A stretch of 64,000 bases of DNA from Curvularia clavata (taxonomy: Eukaryota), in NCBI GenBank assembly GCA_023920165.1, contig CP089275.1, positions 1,922,001 through 1,986,000 on the forward strand, given 5' to 3'. Below, piece by piece: positions 57,100 through 64,000 of this stretch. Numbering within the stretch: position 1 is the first letter of the stretch; every line of letters starts with the position of its first letter. The translations under genes and the position numbers were made by a program. Below the pieces are notes generated by a model, which did not search any database, had not been told where the DNA came from, and saw only the letters and a program-made list of their open reading frames with translations.

Positions 57100-57480
57100 C
57101 GAGCTACGATATGACGAGAAAAAAAACGCACTGTAGCTGGACTTTTTAAGGAGTTTGTCAGGGAAAGCACAAATGTTTTTTTTTTGTGCGTATAGATGAG
57201 ATAACATTTTTCACTGCATGGTAGGACAATGGCACGTTTTCCACCTTCACCGAGTCTTTATTTTCTATACAATCAAACAGTATTGAGCACCACACTTACT
57301 ATTGTTCCATTAGCCACACCTAATCTTCTCCATACGATAGCCTTGTCAACTGCACTGTCGCCAACAACCTCACAGCTTCGCTGCTAAACTTGCTCATAGC
57401 CGCGCAGCTTTTCGCTCGTTACCAAGTATATCATCCATTCTTTACGAAATCTTACAAAACAACTCGCGACGCACAAACCA

Positions 57481-58038
57481 ATGTTCCTCTTTCACACGCT
57501 CCTTGCGCTCTGGCTTTACTTGAACTACGCCGCCACACTTGTGCTAGCGCAAGGAAACCTCACTACAATAACGATCACAGCCACGCTCATGATCTCGGTT
57601 TACGCGTTTGCTCCTACTTCGTCAATGATGGCGACACTCCCAGCAAACACCACTTTCCTCACACTCGCTGCGATACCCACAACAGCAACGGAAGGCATAC
57701 AGTCACATATTGCGCAATACCACGCGTTATACTCTTCAGCACCAACTATATCAACTAGCTCATCACCACCTCCCATCACCACTGATCCCCCGTATCTACA
57801 AACGGCTACAAATCCGGAATGGCTACTCTCCGTCTCCATGGCACTTCTCTGTTACGACTTCCTCGCCGCAACAGCATTCATTTGGTGCTGGGTCATGGGC
57901 TATCTCTGGTGGTGGAGGAGAACAAGTAGAAGTGCAGAGGTACGGGCACTGAGAGCAGGAAGGGAAGAGTCGTCGATACTGGGTATGCTCATGACTGAGA
58001 ATTTAGAGGGTGAGATGAGGAGTTTGGGTATGGTGTGA
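57481..58038 (+). CDS. Small membrane protein (signal peptide, Thr-rich ectodomain, one TM)
   Basis: Hydrophobic N-terminus, Thr/Ser/Pro-rich middle, TM WLLSVSMALLCYDFLAATAFIWCWVMGYLWWW followed by RR. Confidence 0.6.
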   Translation: MFLFHTLLALWLYLNYAATLVLAQGNLTTITITATLMISVYAFAPTSSMMATLPANTTFLTLAAIPTTATEGIQSHIAQYHALYSSAPTISTSSSPPPITTDPPYLQTATNPEWLLSVSMALLCYDFLAATAFIWCWVMGYLWWWRRTSRSAEVRALRAGREESSILGMLMTENLEGEMRSLGMV

Positions 58039-58258
58039 GAAGAAGAGAGAAGAGAAGATACAGAATAGGACATCACTTGTCTTGGCTCTTTCCAGCAACA
58101 GAAGCGTGATGGTGTCTTTGCCGCAACCAGTAAAATCGGAAACCCAAACCGAGCTTACCCACGCTGTCAACACAGTAACAAATTACTATGACTACTACAG
58201 CAACTTTAAAAATAGAGTTGCAAGTACTAAAGATTTGAGTAGTGAGTAAATGTGACAA

Positions 58259-58426
58259 CTACAGCGACTTGAAACAGTGGTAATGCAGCGTGATTTGTAG
58301 ACCACCATCTTCCGGTTTCACCAGCTGTGGGATCAGAGGGCCAAAGCCCGGCCAGTTAGGTGGTTGCTGTGCCGACTGCGAGGTTGGGTGGATGTGTCTG
58401 GCTGAGACTTTCTTCTTGGGAGCCAT
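58259..58426 (-). pseudogene. 55-codon ORF, probable truncated remnant of a 2OG-Fe(II) oxygenase-like gene N-terminus
   Basis: gccATG context. MAPKKKVSARHIHPTSQSAQQPPNWPGFGPLIP recalls the PPNWP.F.PL.P N-terminus of fungal prolyl-4-hydroxylase-like proteins (from memory), then diverges and stops. Confidence 0.35.
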
Positions 58427-60087
58427 GGCAGGACAGGGCTTAGGAAAGCCTCTTTGCCCACACCCACATGCCTAAACCTACATGCAAAAATTATTCACGA
58501 TTATACAAGAAATTATTCATAAGTCGCACTCTTATGATTGGCGCGAGATAAAAGAGAAATTATCTTTTCGCTGGTTCGTCTAGGCTGAACGCTCGTTCGC
58601 CGATCCGCGCGCAACGGGTGGACGGGTAAAAAGCAAGAAAAAGCAAGAAAAGAGATTAAGCCAACCGCTTTTTTATCACATTTATCCCCACTTTGCTGCA
58701 AAACCATTGGCTATCCCGACCCCGGTCTGGCTATATGTGCGCCGGCCGGCTTGAACAACCGTTTTCTGGTTACACAACCGGAGACACGGGTCACGGAACC
58801 ATGGGGGGAACTCTGGTCTGGGTACCTTGCATAAGCGAGCCGTAGTGTTCACGTTCGTGCCGTGCGGCAGAGGAGATTTGATGATGGTTGAGGGTGGTAC
58901 AGCAGATGCAGATAGTGGCGGCGCGTATGTACTAGGGAGCTGTCACAAGCGTCTTGGGAAGGTGGTTCAAGGTTGAGTGATGCGTGGAGATTTGTGGATA
59001 GTGGGGAAAAGGTTAGCGAGGGTAATGTATACTGTTGTACGTATGCATGTGTGTAGCTTTTCTGTACACGGGAAAAGAAGCTTTTCGTATTGCCTTGCTA
59101 ACTTGTTGCGTATACAACGCTGAGTACGTAGGTACAAGTATGTTGATAATTGTTTGTTGTTGTGTTAAGCAAAACAAGGTTATTCGATTTGGGGCATGCT
59201 TTCGCTTACCAGGCAGCAGTTGCACGTCTCAGAGAAACAGCCGTCAACAAAAAACTCTCTTTGGTTTAAGGTTCTCATCTATCTGTGATTCGCCGGCTGT
59301 ACTTATCCGAGCCCGAGCTAAGGCATGAAAAAGACGTTGTGGCTGGCTGGGCGGAAATGCTACTAACCTAGGTGTCTTGCTGCTTGCTGCAAGTTTGATG
59401 GGGCGTGGGATGCAGGGCTTGCGAGGCTACGAGTAGAAGGTTTAGAACGGTATGGAAGATACTTCATAGGTAAGTGGAGCGAAGGATGTAAGAGCCCCCT
59501 TTCTCTAGGGTATGTGGCGATTAGCGATGTGATATATGTATGCCCAATTATTACTCTTATCACCATTTATTATAAAGGATCTAGGATTGATTAATCTTTG
59601 GTGGACGATGGTAAGCGCTGCGATTGGTGGGGCTGGAGTGCCTGAGATGATTGTGAAAGAAGGGAGTGCGGAATGACGTGGCATGGCCAGATGTCGTTTC
59701 TCTTGTAAGAGCTGTGCGGGTTTTCCATGCGTTCGGCAAGCAAATTATTTACATGCAGAAGAAGATGCGCGTCATGTACATGTATGTATGCATGTATGGG
59801 CGGCCCGAGGCAGTCTTTTCAGGGGCAGGGAGAGCGGCAGCATTGTGGAGAGGCAGGTTGACTTGTCTTTGATTGCGTGATACATGATTACTGTCCATGC
59901 GCTGACTGTAGACGCGTCTTGGGAAACCCTTTTTTCGGGGATTCATATCGGCAAGATATTGCATCCGTGTTTCACGCGTCAGAATAGAGATCCGCGTTGT
60001 TATCGGGCCGTTCACGGCGGTGATTGCAAAACGAGGTGCTCTGGAAACGCCGTGGGCTATTCATAGCGGACTCCATCAACACGAACA

Positions 60088-61333
60088 TCACGCCGCCTTG
60101 CCTTTTCGCTTCTTGAACTCGTCGATCCAGCCTGCAGCCTTGTCTTTGGGTACCACACTGATGGATACGAGGCCGTCGACAACTTCTGGCTTCCCGCTTC
60201 CGAGAACCTTGCCCAGACTCATCTTCTTGCCGACCTTGATCAGTCCACCAGCTGCTGTCTCCATATAGGCCTCGACGTTATCGATTGTGTATTCGTGCTT
60301 CTGATCCCATGGCAAGGGGAAGATGTAGTCGAGGTGCTGGTCTAATTTCTCCTTCTCGGAGAATGCTTTGATAAAGTCTGATTGGGAATCCATGGGATAT
60401 AGTAGTATGACGGGAAATGTCAGCGTCGAAGAAGGATCCATGCTGTTCTCCAGCTTGACTGCAGCGTCTTCTAGATCTGGTGCCTTGTCCGTGGTCCGTG
60501 TGAGAATGTTCCTACTCTTCAGTGCGAGCTGCAGTGTAGCACGCTCCGAGGCGGCTTTGGCTTCACGTTCCTTACGGGCCCTTTCCACAGACTCTACGTA
60601 CTTTTTCCGAGTCTCGATTTTGGTCTGGAGAGTTTTCAGAGGGGTGTTGGTGGGATCTAGGGCCAGTCCGCGGTTGCAGGCCCATTCTGCTTCATCCAGC
60701 TTGTTCAGTTCCAGGCCAGCGGTAGCTGATCTATAGAACGCTTTGACGTTTGCCGGATTGATTTGAAGTGCTGCTACGCAGTCTTGGATGCATGAGCGAT
60801 AGTTTTCTACTCTACGTTAGTATGTTGTTTTTGTGCAAAACACCAACGTCACCCAACGGCGTGCACAACTTACTTTTCTCCAGATTGCATAATGCTCGGT
60901 TGACGTAGACAGCCTCTGCGATGGATTTCTCCTTGTTTGCTTCCTCTTGCTCGTCCACCTCGACGTCAATGACGTCTGGCCCTGCGGCATCTGGATCTCG
61001 GCTGGTCTGTGGGCCCTTTAGGGCCGCTATTGCTTTTGTATAGAATTCCTTCGCATCTGCCCATTGCTTTGCCCTTGCGCAGTCGTTGCCCTGCTGCCTG
61101 AAGTTTTCTGCAATCTCAGCACGGGTGCCTTCATAAGCCATGGCTTTGAGGGCCTCGAGGGCCATGTTTTCGCCACCCTCGCCGTCCGTTTCATCCAGGC
61201 TTGTCATGAAAAGTGGCATGCGGTTCATCTCTTTGATCAAATCATCCACGGCCTGCGACTTGACTTCGGCCATGGCGGGCGGCATATCCGCAGACGCCTG
61301 TGGCCGTGGCACACGCTGATCTTGTTCTGCCAT
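60088..61333 (-). CDS. CNS1: Hsp70/Hsp90 TPR co-chaperone Cns1/TTC4
   Basis: EMNRMPLFMTSLDE...LEALKAMAYEG..EIAENFRQQGND; TPR VNRALCNLEKKNYRSCIQDC across intron 60807-60873; wheel domain LTFPVILLYP...SDFI. Confidence 0.92.
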
Positions 61334-63903
61334 GATGTCCCTCTCTTTTCTTTCTTGGCCCTAAGGATTGTCGGACCTGGGTCAAGTTGCTCCCTCGCTG
61401 ATGACTGTCTTGTCGAATTTTTGGTGCATAGTCGCTTAGTAACGTCATTGGGAGTGGGGTTCGGGGATAACCCTGGCCTAATGCGCGCCGTTTATCCCTG
61501 ATTTAGCGGGAAAGGCCTTGCGACTAAGGACGACACTCGGTAATAGCACAGCAGAGCAACGGCCAGCAGAAAGGATGCACAGCAAACGAGAGGGGCGTGC
61601 TAGACGCCGGCACCATGCCATCCGCGCCTCATGCGATGCCGTCCTTCGGAGCCTATCGACAGTGCCATGGCCGAAGCAACCTGGCCGATTACGACGCAGA
61701 CGTCTCCTATCTGCCTGACTGGCCCAAATGTCTCCGACACGGCCGAGCAAACCCGGAATATCTGGCGCACAAGGAGAAGCAGAAGTCCACTCGACCAACT
61801 CGTCGCATTATTCTGCACTGCTGCGTCGACAGTTTGGCCGCATGTCATTGTGGCCGTCACGCAATGCCCTGCAGCGATTCTGCAGCCCTCCGTACATGGG
61901 GTCCACTCTCCGCACCTGCAGGTGGACCAGGACGATACACCTGCAGAAAAATCTACGCATGTTAACATGAACCCGGCGCAAGGCTCCATGAGTATTGATC
62001 GCCAGCTAGCTCCGCCGCTCTACACACTACTTGTACAAGGCTGACTGGCTGGCTGGCTGTTGAGAGCCATGCGTCCATTGTGTCGCGTTACCTGTCGACG
62101 TGATCCCTTGCCGTTTCGCCTAGCACCGGCCCAATCAACAGGTTCGCCAAAGGTCAGGAAATGTGATGTGACCATGACTGACCCGGCCATTGATTCAGGC
62201 TTGCTGTGGCGTCTCTTTCACGGTTCCGCTGGCGAAGAATATCGGGCCATGACTGAGTGCCACGCGGGGGTTCGCAATAGCATTGCTACCACTACCAGCA
62301 AGTTGGGCACCTGGCAGTTCGAAACTGGAGATTTACATTGCCGATCTGAGCGCCATGCTCGGCTCCTTTCCACTGGCTAGATGCGCACGGCTATCCCTTT
62401 TGTCTCAAATCAGAAAGCCGTATAGGGACTTGACTACATGGGGAGTCTTCGTAGGGATTAAGTGAGCCTGCACATTCATGCAACTAACTGCCTTGTCCAT
62501 CACCGACGCCATTCATAGCCACCTTTCTCAACAAGACAGAGAAACTGCAGTAGCGTGGAGGTAAGATTCGATCATGGTCTCAAGATGGAGTCTCTGATTG
62601 CAGGCTGAAACCTAACGGCATCGCGCCGGGTAGTTGGCCGCCATCGCGCGTCTACTTGCTCAGACCGCAGCCTGGACGCCGCTTTCTTGCTCGAGGCCTC
62701 GCCCGTGCGGGCCAGGTCTTCCTCGCCACACAGCAGAGCCTGAAACTCGAGCACACTTGCGGGGTGTATATACTGCTCCCCGATTCCTGCTATCGACCGA
62801 AGGCGGCGCTTTTGCCGGAGGCGGGCGTGTCGTAGTTGCTCGGCGACTGCACTTCTCATCCACTAGTGCACCTCCACGCACCGTCACATATCATCTTCCT
62901 CCTCCACTGTCATCACTGTTACACAGCTGCCTTGGCTCTGGCTGTCCATTCTCGGATCGTCATTTCGCTTTGACCTGCTCGGACATTGGCCGTCCTCACG
63001 GGACGCATGTAACGGAACGTTGGAACTGTCACCGCAGCCAATCGAGTCACGCCATCAAGTGCAGGGCGGGACGACTCGTGTACCAGGGAACCCCTGATGT
63101 GGGCGGTGCGTGCCTGCAGGGACACTTGTGCACGCTAGTGGGAAGGCCTGCATAAGCTCGCGGGCTCCGAGGTCGAAACAAATTTGACAGGCACAGATGG
63201 GGTTTGATTGAGTCTGTGATCTTCATTTGCTCCTTTGGTACCGGTCCCGTCTCCCCCAGAGGACTGTGCGGAGTTGTGTCTGCATTCCCGGACCCGGCTC
63301 GATGCATTGACGGCTAGTGCATGCGATGCTCAAGTTGTGCCTCGCCCCTCCCACTGACCCTCGTCCCCATTCTTCTTACGCGCCGTGCAGTTGATTACAC
63401 GGTTTCTCTTTGTCGTTTGTTCTGCTGCGCGCTGCCTGACTGTCCTTCTTCTTACTCTTAAAAGCGATTTGCTCTACGTCACTTTTCCCTCTCTTCTTGT
63501 TCTGTTAAAATTGCTCCTCGTCGCCGACTCCTTCCTAACGTAATACTTTCCAACGCCGCATACAACAATTGCAGAATTGCTCGCGCTTCTTGCCACCGTC
63601 AGAGCGACCAGCAGCAGGTCGTATCACAGAAAGTTCAACCGGTATGTCAACAGCAGTGTTGTCAGCATGCTATGTCGTGGATCTCTGCAGATCTCCCCAC
63701 CTTTGAAGATCATGTTGTATTGGTTTAGCAAGACACTTCCATCGTCCTGGATGGCTGACACTATACTCGTACCATCATGTTCGCATTCTGACGAGAACAC
63801 AGGCATGCGTTGAATCTTATCTACCCACAGCACCACTGGGTTGTGGTTCTGATCCCTCGACTAGACCACCATTCTTTTCCCCGATATATACGACCCAACC
63901 AAA

Positions 63904-64000
63904 ATGGCCGCAGAGTACTATTCAGATAATGAGGCTTTTGCCGCTAGCCGCTCCTTACCTACACCTGCCGGAACTCCATACGACTCGCTGTCAAGACGGA
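63904..64000 (+). CDS. 5' end of a gene running off the window (unknown product)
   Basis: Strong Kozak context caaaaATGgcc, open to the window end (MAAEYYSDNEAFAASRSLPTPAGTPYDSLSRR), preceded by a pyrimidine-rich leader and a putative 5'UTR intron. Confidence 0.5.
   Translation, partial: MAAEYYSDNEAFAASRSLPTPAGTPYDSLSRR

Noticed and set aside
58700..59950. Possible snoRNA host or telomerase RNA
   Set aside because: No properly spaced C/D box pair and no TAACCCTAA template found; the many GTATGT hits arise from ATGT-rich low complexity.
61478..63307. Overlapping 60-170 aa ORFs
   Set aside because: GC-rich intergenic noise in multiple frames with no domain signal.

Overview
Eukaryotic DNA from a filamentous ascomycete: short GT-AG introns with CTAAC/CTGAC branch sites, and gene content suggestive of a Dothideomycete/Pleosporales-type fungus (inference). 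About 23 protein-coding genes can be supported. Conserved genes are PYM1/WIBG, QCR9 (5 tiny exons, missed by the ORF track), UBR1, an Mtf2-like protein, ketopantoate reductase, a YAT amino-acid permease, a LigT-like 2H phosphoesterase, MAD1, PPM1/LCMT1, RPB5, mitochondrial SHMT and CNS1/TTC4. A stretch at about 18.6-37.5 kb is enriched in surface proteins: a class II hydrophobin, a Pth11-like 7TM protein, a poly-Lys secreted or anchored peptide, and three single-pass proteins with ELxG-type tails. The most striking element is a 5-exon, ~2348-aa DNMT5-type gene (C5 DNA methyltransferase + SNF2 ATPase + RING). Its N-terminus carries two tandem Zn(II)2Cys6-like clusters and no recognisable chromodomain, and three ACGCG cores lie upstream, so it is a candidate sequence-targeted DNA methyltransferase. 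Also present are two GC-AG introns, a stopless 3n intron, a C23 homopolymer, RIP-like AT/TpA-rich relics and a probable truncated gene remnant. No tRNA, rRNA, CRISPR array or intact transposon was recognised. All family assignments come from motif recognition by eye, not database searches.
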